Positions 22,870 to 34,475 of a stretch of 42,947 nucleotides of DNA are shown one piece after another. The first letter of the stretch is position 1; every line of letters begins with the position of its first letter. The notes beneath the pieces were generated by a model. It did not search any database. It saw only the letters and a list, made by a program, of their open reading frames with translations, and was not told where the DNA came from. The stretch comes from Dimorphilus gyrociliatus (lineage: Eukaryota > Animalia > Annelida). Position numbers and translations under genes: made by a program. Location of the stretch: assembly GCA_904063045.1 (NCBI GenBank), contig CAJFCJ010000194.1, forward strand, positions 1-42,947, written 5' to 3'.

Positions 22870-24990
22870 TGACTATGATAAGCTAACATTCCTATTTTCA
22901 AATAACAACTGATCTTTGATAATGATACCCTTCATAAAATTTTCATTGCCTTTAAGCTTAAAAGATCGAGGATGTCTACAAATTAAAAGATCTTTAAAGC
23001 TTTTCCAAACATTCTTTGTTAATTTGGAATATTCTAAATTTATTTCCTTCAAACAGTACTGCATACTGAATTTCCATACAAATGAATAGTTGTCATAGTA
23101 TGAAATTTTTTAAGCATATTCTTTAAATGGGATCAACAGAAAACGGCCCCAAGAAGGATATTTGAAGGCAGCACTTTGGGTTAAGAAATGGTTAGGAGGA
23201 AAAAAGCATTTATTGATTTGTAGTTAAGGGGGTCCCATCTAAGGGATACATTAGGGATGGTTTAGGGTTAGGGTAAAACCATACTTTTGGGGTCGTTTTC
23301 TGTCACATCCTCTTTAAATTTATCCAAAGTTTTTCATGCATATTACAAAAAGTAATATCTATTTCTTTTAATGAATTTGCTACATTTTCAAATATAATAC
23401 CAGTTTCATCTGAAATATTATTTTGGCTTATGTTAATATTTTCAAGTTTTGTACACTTTTTTAAAAGATTTCCAAATGCTTTTAAATGTTTATTATTCAA
23501 ACAACAATTTTCAAAATTAATTTCCTTTAATGTATTTGAAGATTTCTCCAATTCTTTAAAAATATTGATCATTTCATTATTTAAACACCAATTTGAAGAT
23601 AATATTACTCTTTCAAGTTTATAACATTTACTCAATAGTTGTACTAGACTATTACAAGTTTCATACATGATATTACAATGCAAAAAATCAATTTCTTTCA
23701 AATTCACACAAGATCTTTCCAATTCATTATAAATATTTTTTAATGACTTTCCAATAGAATGACAATAACTTAGACCTATTGTTTCAATTTTAGAACATTC
23801 CATCAATAGATTACTAATAATTTTACCATTTTTATCATTATTGCTACAATAACTGAAATTTAAATGTTTTAAATTTTTTGATGAATTTTCCAAGGCATTA
23901 ATAATTTTTGAGAAGGAATCATCTAGAATAAATGAGGTTCTTGATAGATTTATTCTTTCAATTTTGAAACATTTCTCCAAAAATGTTTCTAAATTATTAT
24001 AGTGACATTTGTTTAAACCAATACATTCTATAACTTTTGTAGTAGATACAGAATTCTATAAACCATTCCAAATACTTAAAATCTGATCTTCAAAAGCATG
24101 ATTATCCACAAAAGACATTGTTTCAATTTCACATTCATTTAAAAAATTAAAAAATATATTCAATAAACTAAAATTCCAATTAGATTGCGCAATGTGAATA
24201 TTTTTAATATTTTTATAGGGCAATTCCAGAGCACTGTAAATTATAGATAATACATTTTTATCCTCAATGCCAATTAATTTTACAGTTTGAATTTGACTAT
24301 GCTGTTGCATGATACTTGCCAAATCTATAATTATACTATTATCTATATGAAATGCATCCAAAGTGATCTCTTTTATAGTATTCCTAGATATAATTTTTTG
24401 ATCACTTAATTTTGACAACACTTCACCTACACTTGGTGAATCAATCATTTCTAGTGAAGATGAACTTTTAATTTGTAGTTTTAAGATAGGCATCCATGAT
24501 CCATCAGTTATATACATATCTACTTGTTTTAATGAATTGGAAGAATATTCAAGTCCATTACAAATATTTGATACTTCATTTCTTGTACAGAAATAATTGT
24601 TTAGTTTAAAATTTTAACATTTTTTAAATGTATTTTCCTTTAAATGTTTTGATGAGTTTTTTAATCCTTCGCAAATATTTATTAATCCTTTTATTAATTC
24701 TTTATTATCAACTATACTTATCTTTTCAATGTGACTACATTCATTTAACAATATCCTAATAGAAATACTCTTTTCATCATTAAGCTCAGCTCTTTTGAAA
24801 TGAATTTGCTGATTTACAAAGTCCTTGACAGATGATAGGTCAAATGTTTTCTGAATTTACCATATTGTTATACTTTCTTATAAAAATTTTTTCATTACTT
24901 AATTGATATAGTATTTTATAATACCCTTGGAATATCTTTTTTCATTCTTGGGAAAATTCACAATTTGACCAAAACATGTATTTAAAAGCT
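22870..24990 (-). pseudogene. RNI-like LRR gene, frameshifted and interrupted by a MITE
   Basis: ORFs 24056-24517 and 23303-23980 plus degraded LRRs at 24520-24990 and 22873-23120. Excising the MITE and one TSD restores LWINLKNMLKKFHTMTTIHLYGNS in frame. Confidence 0.85.
23129..23310 (-). mobile_element. Mutator-type MITE with TTAGGG repeats and a perfect 9-bp TSD
   Basis: TSD TCTTTAAAT at 23120-23128 and 23311-23319. TIRs GGGATCAACAGAAAACGGCCCCAA / TTGGGGTCGTTTTCTGTCACATCC. Internal TTTAGGGTTAGGGT. Confidence 0.9.
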
Positions 24991-25984
24991 ATTTTTTAAT
25001 AGATTAAAAAACAGATAGAGAAATACAGATTTTAGTCTGATAAATGAAACATTTTTTCTCCCTGTTATGTTAAAAAAAATTGTCATTTGCTTTTAGTTTT
25101 TAAACTAATTGGTAAAATATTTTTAGATTTAAATATATTGTTTGAAAGACAATTTCAAATTTCAAAAAAACTGTTACTAAAATGTCAAGTTGTAATTAAA
25201 TTGATTAGCTATTATTGCCCAGATAATAAATATTATTTAAGTTCAAAATATAAATCTCCATCACCATCTTCAATCATCTTTGATACAAATTGGTCATACT
25301 ACAAAAAAGGAATATGTAGTGAGTAGTATTTCGCAGTTATCATCTGTTAAAGATTATTCAATTAGCAAAAAGATATTGTTAAAACTGTTCAACTTGCTCA
25401 TACACTGAATTGGTACTTAAAGGATTAAGTGAATATAATATGATAAAACCTGAATGGAACAATCAGGATAGGACAATTATTAACATTGCTGAATGCAAAA
25501 GACAGTGTGACAATGATAAAATGTGCAAGTTAGTTTTTTTCTGTTGAGTTGATGTATTCTTGAATATTCTGTTTAACTGTAATATATAAAAACGATCTAT
25601 TTTACCTTAAAAATGTTAAAAATAAAGAAAAAATTAATTATTATACCAAGAGTTGTGAGAAGAGAATGCTAGAAAAAGATCTACTCTTATTATTACAATT
25701 TGATTTAAAAGTACAAAAAAAGGTTAGTTGTTGTAGTTTGCCAATAAAATCAAAATTAATTGTTAATATATTTATATCATTAGTGTATAATTGAAATATT
25801 CTTTAATTGGTTGGAAGGAAAACATAATGATCATTTTAAAGTTAAATGCATTGATATGAAAGAAGCTATTCATGAAATTATACAAGCTAATTTTACACCA
25901 GGAGTAGTACAATTCATTGAAGAGTGAGTAACTTTTTTAGAATTTATTATTTTTTGCCGAATAATTCTCTATGTTTTTTTTTTA

Positions 25985-26321
25985 AAGTAAACTAGAAATT
26001 TCTGCCAAAGAAAGAATTAATGATAAAGAAATGTTTATATCCAACAATTCCAGTGTTTATTCAAGCCAAACCAAGTTTGTAAAACCAAGCCCACTTTTTG
26101 CAAAACAGTATATTCAATTGGCAAGGGATGATTTAAATGCTGTTGTAAATGAATATACTGCAAGCCGATGAGCATTATATAAATGTCATCAAGTTTGTAT
26201 CATTATCTTGTGTTCTATTTTAATTTTTAATGTCAAAAATGCTATCAATATATCCTTTCAGGCTTGTGAAAAGGCTCTTAAATCTCTCAACTTTCTAAAG
26301 TCTTCAGAGAACTCAGGTTAA
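25985..26321 (+). pseudogene. Sacsin-type HEPN domain fragment (intron 26193-26261)
   Basis: Spliced reading FAKQYIQLARDDLNAV...SR*ALYKCHQ|ACEKALKS matches the HEPN N-terminal pattern W..QA..DL.AA...W..FKCHQAAEKALKA. A TGA at 26169-26171 replaces the expected Trp. It is truncated by a repeat. Confidence 0.6.
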
Positions 26322-26619
26322 TTTCACTTGGCCATCTACAATAATATTGTGCTTACAATACTTGTGAAAGTGACAATGAACTACACACTTCAAATATATA
26401 TGAAATAGTGTAAGATACAATTAATGATCATTAAATATGATGTGCAAATTAATAAAAACTAGAATTTTAAGTTTAGTTGTAAGTATATTCTACAACTACC
26501 TTTAAATGGTATAAAAATAGGGTGTGTTGTACACTAGGCAGGCAGAGTATTGTTAAATACTATTTTCATATTTCTTTTCCACAGGTGAATGGAATGTAAC
26601 AATTTGGAGGTACTCTATA

Positions 26620-26865
26620 GACCAATAATTCATCCAAACTCAGTTCTCTTTCTTCAAATTTACTCCACAACTGAAATATTTTGAATTGTAAATCTTGATA
26701 CTTCTTCTTTTGTATCTTTCTTAACTTTTTCTCGGACAATAACTTTTCAAAGATCTCTACTAACTCAGCTTCTCTTCTTAATTCTTTTATGAGGGAATAC
26801 AAGTTCTCATCCATTTTCAAGTTTTTGTTAAGCCTGGAATGCCATGCCTCAACATGACTGTGCAT
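26620..26865 (-). mobile_element. MULE transposase C-terminal fragment nested in a copy of the unidentified repeat
   Basis: HVEAWHSRLNK...LIKELRREAELVEIFEKLLSEKKLRK is nearly the same as 31050-31260. Confidence 0.85.
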
Positions 26866-26972
26866 ACATGTAGGTAAGTATATGCGTATGGTTTACAATA
26901 ATTGCCTGAATGTGTACAAACATCCCACTCCTTTAAGACCTTGCTTCCACGAAAGGTCTTGGGCTGATACAA

Positions 26973-27850
26973 TCAAGGTTTCTCCATTCCTTGTAAATGT
27001 AGAGATATTTGCTCTGGTTTATCTGTTGGATCTGATGGTGACTTATTTTTAGTAGTCCAAAGTTTTAATATCTTGGTGAAGTGTACTCTTTTCCAATCCT
27101 TCCTCCAAATGAGCCAAATGAGAATCCCGATTCCAATGATTATCATCAGTGGAAGAAGAATGTTGATGATTGTTTTAAAAGGTGTTCTAGCCCATGATGA
27201 AAATATATGTTCTGTTTTAGACAAAGCAGCATCAATGCCCAAGTTGTTGGCAAATTTAATATGCTCTTTATGTCTTGTTAAAGTATCCTGAATATATTCC
27301 AGAACTTGTTGGACTTGTTGGTGTTTTTTACCAACATCTTCCTTTATACCAAGTTGTAATAATTCAGTAAGTCTAGCAACTTCTAGTTTTGGTTCTTCTA
27401 TCTCATTGTTTATTTTCATTCTAATGGATTGTGCTGCTGCAGTTTGAAATTTGCATCCTTTTTTTGTATAATAGATGAATGTTTTCTTTCCTGAGTGTAT
27501 TGCATGATGATTCTGTTCTGCATCCAATGGATTATTTTTTTTTTGAAAAGATGTTGATTTTGATCACACTCTCCATATCTTATGTCTTCTTTGGTTATGT
27601 GATAAGGATGATGAAGAATTGGATCAACTGAAAATAATAAATCTTTGTATTTAATGAGGAATTCTTTTGAACATAATCCATTTTTGGTGATAATTGTTGT
27701 GTCACAAACTACTTGACCATCTTATTTCTCATAGTAAATTCTTTACATAATACAGTACTGATACCCTATTTTTGGCCACTGCACTTATTTCTATAATAAT
27801 GAAGATTTTTTTTCTTGAACATCAATTTGACAATGCAATAATATGATATG
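26973..27850 (-). pseudogene. Second, divergent env-like glycoprotein (C-terminal part with TM)
   Basis: KTFIYYTKKGCKFQT...EPKLEVARLTELLQLGIKEDV aligns with KTYVYYSERGCRFHT...EPKIEIARLADLLHHGVKKDI of env 1. The degraded upstream frame QVVCDTTII...LLFSVDP aligns with EVVCDLSVI...LLFQVEP. TM is ILLPLMIIIGIGILIWLIW. Confidence 0.8.
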
Positions 27851-28149
27851 GCAATTGTCACTTTGTAATCAATATAATCAACTAATTAAATTTTTTTTTT
27901 CACTCTTTTAATAACAAAAAATTTTATATCTTGAAAAAATGCTGAAAAATGCTCAATATCCTATTTTTAGCTTTTGTGAATTCTGATAAAATATTCATGA
28001 GAAAAGGTAGTAAATATGTTTATTTTTACATTTTGTTAATGTATAATCTATAGTGCTTCAAATAATCAGTTTACATTTTTTTTAGTATCTGATATTATAA
28101 CCTTTTTTTCTGATACAAAGTCTGAGACTCCTGTGAAAACTTTTATATA

Positions 28150-29300
28150 AGTTTTGGATGTAACCATTTGGAATTTTATGAAACTCCTCCTCTACAGCCT
28201 TCCATAAATCGTCTTTTGTCTCTAGGACATGATTTTTATTTTAGTAAGATACTCATCTATTTCTTTGCCTCTGGTCTTGTCATTTTCAAAAACCAAAATA
28301 TCATTCATTGTAGAAGTGTTGTGGGCTGTCGACTGCTCCATATTTGTACTTTGTTCTATTGTAATTGTAGGAAGTCCTAGCTCGTCGCTATCAAATTTGT
28401 CCTCTCCAATCATTTACCAATGTGCCAAAGTACTGGTTGAAATAGAACCTTTCAAGTTCGTCCACAAGTAGTCTTAATAAATGTAATTCCAGTAAAAATT
28501 AACCAACAAACACCAGTATTTCATTCAAAGAATTTGTATTTGAGTAAATGAGTTTCTAGTTCTAAACAAGCAAGTTTGAACAACCAGCTGATGGTTAGAA
28601 AACTGAACTGACTACTGTTAAATTTGTAGGGTTTATATACTTTTCCAAAAGTTCACAGTTCACAGATAAAAATATTCACACAAACAAATGTAACAATTTG
28701 GATAAAGGGAAAGTTCAAATATACTTCCATGTTTGTTACTTTTTCTTTATCTTGGAGAACTTTTGCTCCCTATTTTAGTAGGTCAGAAAGTTGCCTAAGA
28801 TGTAACAATTATTAATAGAAGTTGGATTGATTCCAAAACACAAAAATAGGAAAAGGCCAACTTGATGCCGTTTTAAAATACAACAAATTATTAATAATAA
28901 TTGTTTGTGTAAGATAATATGTTTCTGTGTAAAGGACTGGTAGGATAAAAGTATTAAACTTAATCATCCAATATAGTATTGTGCATACAATACTGTTGAA
29001 AAGTGACAATAATCTAAAAGCTCCAAATATAAATAGAATAGTGGAAGATATAATTAATATTCATTAAATATGATGTGTATAATAATTAGGGTTAACATCT
29101 AAGTTGTAAAATACTTTTACAACTTAGTTTAAATAGTGTATGTTGTAGTTTTAGGCGTGTAGAGTACTCTATAATACTCTTTCAATATTGCTTTCCATTG
29201 ATGAATGAAATGTAACAATTTGGGTGTATTGTGTGAATTTGTGAGCCTGGTTATAAGCTTATGTGTTTAGTACCTACGAACTGCCTAAATGTGTACATTA
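28150..29300 (-). repeat. Copy of the unidentified hydrophobic-remnant repeat family
   Basis: Shares blocks with 19985-21110, 16040-16265 and 26335-26620. Confidence 0.7.
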
Positions 29301-29644
29301 CCTACAGCAATTATTTTCATCATCCTTAAAGAAACAACATTAAATTCCATCACAATGATTATTGATAGGAACATAAAATTCTTGATAATGACATTTATAA
29401 AATCCATTTTGGCAAAAGGTTTTTAATCTTAATTCAAATTTTATGCCTATTTTTACACATCCTAATATGTCTAAGTAAAAACATCCATTCTGATGTTGTG
29501 AAAATAAGAATTATTTAAATATATTTATAAATTACAAAAATATTTCAAATCAGGAATTTGTTGACAAACAAGATTTCCAATTTACTTTTTATCACAGGAA
29601 ATGGAAACCACTCTGTAAAATTCAGATGGAATTTCAACGGTGCA

Positions 29645-31290
29645 GAGACATTTCGGCCCAGGACAGTTCAGCCCACTTTTGGACATTTTGGCCCATTTTG
29701 GACATTTCGGCTGAGGACAACTTTCTTTTCCTGTTTTGAGAAAAAGTAGAAAGCATATTTCTTTTCTTCATTTATCATAGAAGCTTCAATAGAAATTACA
29801 ACATGAATTTGAAAAACTGTTGGATGTGTTGATTAAGATTTCATTGGACACAAGAAAATTCAGATGCAAGTTGTGCAGACATTTTTATCATACAAAGTGT
29901 TCAAAATGTAAGTAAACTCTCTAACTTTCTCAGGTATAATGCTATATCACCTATATATTAAGATGCAGATTATTGTCCTGATTGTCATGATGTCAGCAAA
30001 CAAAAATTATTTATTAAATTAAAGAAAATTGATAATTATCATCAGAGTAAAATTCATCCAGAATATGAGGAAACTGTTGTTAATTTAGAATTGTCAATGA
30101 ATAATACAAGTGAAACGAATACAAATCAGGTAATTTCATTTGTTCAAAGATATTATTCTTTCACCATAAATTTTAGCAGTTAAGACTTTCCTTTGACTTC
30201 AATTCACCTGAATCACCAAACAATGAAAAAGAGTTGAACTTTCCTGAAGATGGACAAGACATGGCAAAGAGAGTTGATATAAGTGATGAAACTTCATTTG
30301 AGATGGATAAGCAGTATAACATCATGGAAACAGAAAGAGATGATTTCAAAATAGTTGTAGGTGGAAGTACAAAAAATAAAGACTTACTTCTACACAAAAA
30401 CTGTTCATATTCTGTAAAAAGAAAAACTGAAAGTTCAATCACCTGGAGATGTACTCAGAGATATGCCAAAGCTCCTTGTCCTGCATACATATTACAAAAG
30501 GGATCAAAGTTCATTGTAAAAATGAAAACCATCTTCATAAATTGCATAAAAATTGAGATATTTCAGTATTTTAATCACTTTTAATTTATCATTTTTCATT
30601 TGAAAATAGGAGATAAGAAAATTAATCAATGATAAAACTCCCAGAAAATGTGTGCTTGATTTTGAAAAGGCTATATGGATGGCACTTAAAGAGCAATTTC
30701 CCAATTCTGACCTTCAAGGATGCTCTTTTCATTTCAAACAAGCAGTTTTGAGGAACATTCAGGTTGATTAAACAATCATATAAAGAAAATAATTAAATAC
30801 TTATTTTATTAGAAACTTGGATACATTACTGATTATAAAGAAAATGGGTACAAAGGAAAAATGTTACAAAAATTGATGTGTTTGGCATATCTGCCTTCAA
30901 ATTTTATTGAACAAAAGTTTGTCCAACTAAAGAAGAACTTTGTGAAAAGAAATTGTTTACAGATTTGCTTGAATATATAGAAGTAACATTCATTAAAAGC
31001 AGTACTTGGCCTCCTCAATTCTGGTCTGTTTATCAATTAATTGTGAGAACAAACAATCATGTTGAGGCATGGCATTCCATATTCTCTAATAAAAGAATTG
31101 AAAAGAGAAGCTGAATTAGTAGAGATCTTTGAAAAGTTATTGTCTGAAAAAAGTTGAGAAAAATACAGAAGAAGAAGTATAAAGATTTAGAATTTAAAAT
31201 ATTGCAGTTGTGGAGTAAATTTGAAGAAAGAGAATTGAGTTTGGATGAATTATTGGATAGACTTGTTGATTTAAATATCTGTTAAAATTT
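29645..31290 (+). mobile_element. Phantom-like FLYWCH-MULE transposon, internally deleted
   Basis: Tandem GGACATTTCGGCCC terminal array at 29645-29720. FLYWCH ITWRCTQRYAKAPCPAYI. Then CVLDFEKAIW...GCSFHFKQAV, an intron, and LMCLAYLP...WPPQFWSVY...RTNNHVEAWH. Several frameshifts are present. Confidence 0.9.
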
Positions 31291-32049
31291 GTTATTATCT
31301 GAAAAAAATTATAGAAAATTATCATATTTGTGAAAATTATTTACATAATTTTTTTATTAATTTTCATTGTCTTTTTTCTTTATTTGGCCATAACTCCAAA
31401 TTAACTGTACATCTGGATTACATCCAGTTTTGTGATTAAATAGACATCTTAAACTGAAATTTTTTATATCAAACTTTCAACAAAAAGCCAGTATTTTGCA
31501 AATAAGATATGTATTGAACATTCTGAGCTTTTATCTCTAAGCAAGCAGTTAGAAAACTAAGCCAACAACTTTTTAATTTGTAGGGTTTATATACTTTCCT
31601 AAAGGTTTAACAGTTCACGATTTCAAAGTTTGAACAATGCAAAGTAACATTTTAACACAATTGAAAGTTCTAAAAATGGTTCCACCTTTAATTGATTTCA
31701 TTCATCCTGAGTAATTAGGTCAGATAAATTTAGATGGTCAGCTTCTTCCGTAAGATGTAGCAATTTTGGTAACATTCAATTCAACCATTGAAAATGGGAA
31801 GTTGGAACTGGTCCAAAAGTCAACAATAGCTTAGTTTGACCTTTTGATACTCTTTAGCTGGTGGCTAAATAAATGTTCTTAAGTGATTAATGTAAGACTA
31901 TTGTAGTTCTATAGTTAATGCTAAATTCATTGGATTTGTTTGCAAGAATTTTATATGCTCATTTGCTTACCTGCATTGCGGCATATATGTATAATAGAAT
32001 TGTGCGTACCCAGCGCACAATGCTATTGTTAAGTATTCATATTAAATAG

Positions 32050-32505
32050 TATTGAATTAAGTCTATGGTTTTCTAAAAGACCATCTATATCGAACTGAAG
32101 TGTACAGCAGGAAACAGTATTGTTTAAAAACTATTTGAGATAACTTAAATTGGTCAAGAGTCATATTCACTGATGAGGCAAGGTTTTCATTGAGTGGTCC
32201 TGACAACTTCAGGACCTGGACAAATCACAGGGAAAAAGAGATGAGATTAACAAAGAATAATGCAGGGTGCCATATTACAAGAGTTACCAGCAAGGCATTC
32301 AGGATGAACTGCATACATCTTAGCCCAATAGTAAATGTGTGGCACCTGACCAAAAATTTGGTTTACGATGGGGCACAATTCACATCAGAAGATGAACTAT
32401 GGGAGAAAATTAAAAAATGCTCCTACGAACTTATAAACAAAAATCCTGACTTGCTACCAAATCTGTACACTGGAATGGGGGGTATCAAAATTTACGATGT
32501 CCAGG
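32050..32505 (+). mobile_element. Tc1/Tc3-like transposase remnant with internal deletion
   Basis: NWSRVIFTDEARFSLSGPDN (first Asp motif) and LSPIVNVWHLTKNLVYDGAQFTSEDELWEKI (LNPIENLW-like). The middle Asp region is missing. Confidence 0.85.
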
Positions 32506-32522
32506 TATTTTAGACCTCACTT

Positions 32523-33020
32523 TATAGGCTAAAGGATAATTGGCTTCAAGAACCAGTTGCTTCTTATTCCTAATTTTGTTTGTATGAGCAATTAGTCAAT
32601 TTTTTGTTATTTTTTTAAACGTTTTGTTAAAGAACAAAAAGGGTCCTTGAAAGGAATGAAATCAATTGATTGGCCAGCAAGGATTTAAAGAAGTGTTAAA
32701 AATTGCCTTACCAATTTCAAGTATTGAAACAATACAAGAGCTACTGCATTCTTTCATCAATGTTTTGAATTATATTGCAGGTAAGTGGAGACTTTGAATA
32801 TTTTAAAAATTCTTCCTAAAAATAATATCAAGTCAAAAAATTAATGTAAAATTTTTTTTCCTTGTTTACCTATTCAGTTCATAATCCTGATAAAGTACTC
32901 ATAAATAGAAAACAAATCACCTTCTATGATCAAGATACTTATCTTACAGCTGAAAAACTTGATTCCCTAAAGTCAACACTATTCATAGTAAATTGTACAA
33001 TTTTTGATGCTATTACATAA
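32523..33020. repeat. Inverted duplicate of 17213-17716
   Basis: Direct reverse-complement match. Confidence 0.9.
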
Positions 33021-33439
33021 TAAGGATATTTTGCAATTTATTTTTCTTTTATCTGTTAGATAAAAACGGTAAGAATTTTTTGTGTGAACCTAATCTACAG
33101 TATAGGCCAAAAGTCCCCAGCCACCTTGTAAAATTTCTTATTTAGATATTGAGCTATACAGAATAACTACTTTGAATTAGTAATAGTAATTATTACCATG
33201 TAGAGGGGTCAGGTGCGAATGTATCTGTTAGCAAATATTTCCAAGCCTGAAAACATTTTAGGAAAGGGTTAGTTTGAATATTTGGATGAATTTATTGTTA
33301 GAGGGACTCCAATTTAGGATTAGGAAATATAAAAAACACAGATATTACACTGAACTTTAGATATATTAAGGTAGGCTTCAACACTCCATAGGTATGGGTT
33401 AGGATTAGGTCTGTTTTGCTGTTCTTTTTTCCTAAAGTA
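33018..33439 (+). repeat. ~420-bp element, copy 1 (inverted partner 35201-35609)
   Basis: The reverse complement matches 35201-35609 end to end with scattered differences. Both copies stop at the same CCTAAAGTA boundary. It contains GGGTTAGGATTAGG. Confidence 0.9.
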
Positions 33440-33440
33440 A

Positions 33441-33754
33441 ATAAAAAATTCAAAAATAGCTCTTGGTTTCTTCACGATATTAACTTTGTTAATTGGAACA
33501 TTAACTTTTCTACAAATGAAAGGAAATATGTATTTAAATGTTAAATTCAAAAGCAACATTGATGTTTCCTACAACTTCCAAATAGAAAAAGAGGTATTGT
33601 TTCATAAATATTTTACAAAATAGTATAGGACTATATTTGTCTTTAAGGAACCATATAGAATTGAGAATTTAGATGATGAAACATTCTATTTGTTTTGTGA
33701 TATAAAATCAGGATTTGGTAATACTATAAGAGAATTAATATCTTGTAAAATTTT
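33441..33754 (+). pseudogene. Third fucosyltransferase-like copy (close paralog of B), start codon lost, cut by the gap
   Basis: IKNSKIALGFFTILTLLIGTLTFLQMKG...QIEKE, then a 54-nt intron (33594-33647), then EPYRIENLDDETFYLFCDIKSGFGNTIRELISCKI. The first two codons are replaced by the 420-bp element, with an in-frame TAA at 33438-33440. Confidence 0.85.
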
Positions 33755-34424
33755 NNNNNNNNNNNNNNNNNNNNNNNNNNNNNNNNNNNNNNNNNNNNNN
33801 NNNNNNNNNNNNNNNNNNNNNNNNNNNNNNNNNNNNNNNNNNNNNNNNNNNNNNNNNNNNNNNNNNNNNNNNNNNNNNNNNNNNNNNNNNNNNNNNNNNN
33901 NNNNNNNNNNNNNNNNNNNNNNNNNNNNNNNNNNNNNNNNNNNNNNNNNNNNNNNNNNNNNNNNNNNNNNNNNNNNNNNNNNNNNNNNNNNNNNNNNNNN
34001 NNNNNNNNNNNNNNNNNNNNNNNNNNNNNNNNNNNNNNNNNNNNNNNNNNNNNNNNNNNNNNNNNNNNNNNNNNNNNNNNNNNNNNNNNNNNNNNNNNNN
34101 NNNNNNNNNNNNNNNNNNNNNNNNNNNNNNNNNNNNNNNNNNNNNNNNNNNNNNNNNNNNNNNNNNNNNNNNNNNNNNNNNNNNNNNNNNNNNNNNNNNN
34201 NNNNNNNNNNNNNNNNNNNNNNNNNNNNNNNNNNNNNNNNNNNNNNNNNNNNNNNNNNNNNNNNNNNNNNNNNNNNNNNNNNNNNNNNNNNNNNNNNNNN
34301 NNNNNNNNNNNNNNNNNNNNNNNNNNNNNNNNNNNNNNNNNNNNNNNNNNNNNNNNNNNNNNNNNNNNNNNNNNNNNNNNNNNNNNNNNNNNNNNNNNNN
34401 NNNNNNNNNNNNNNNNNNNNNNNN
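33755..34424. other. Assembly gap (670 N)
   Basis: Run of N. Confidence 1.
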
Positions 34425-34475
34425 TGGTTTTCTTTTATAAAATCCATTTTTAGCAATTATACCTTGGAAAAAGGG
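34425..34475 (-). repeat. Third copy of the terminus of the 1-kb IR arm
   Basis: TGGTTTTCTTTTATAAAATCCATTTTTAGCAATTATACCTTGGAAAAAGGG is identical to the end of the 12669-13689 arm. Confidence 0.95.

Noticed and set aside
25430-25930. PAN/apple-like or other exons upstream of the HEPN fragment
   Set aside because: Short Cys-containing segments with no recognisable full motif or reliable splice phase.
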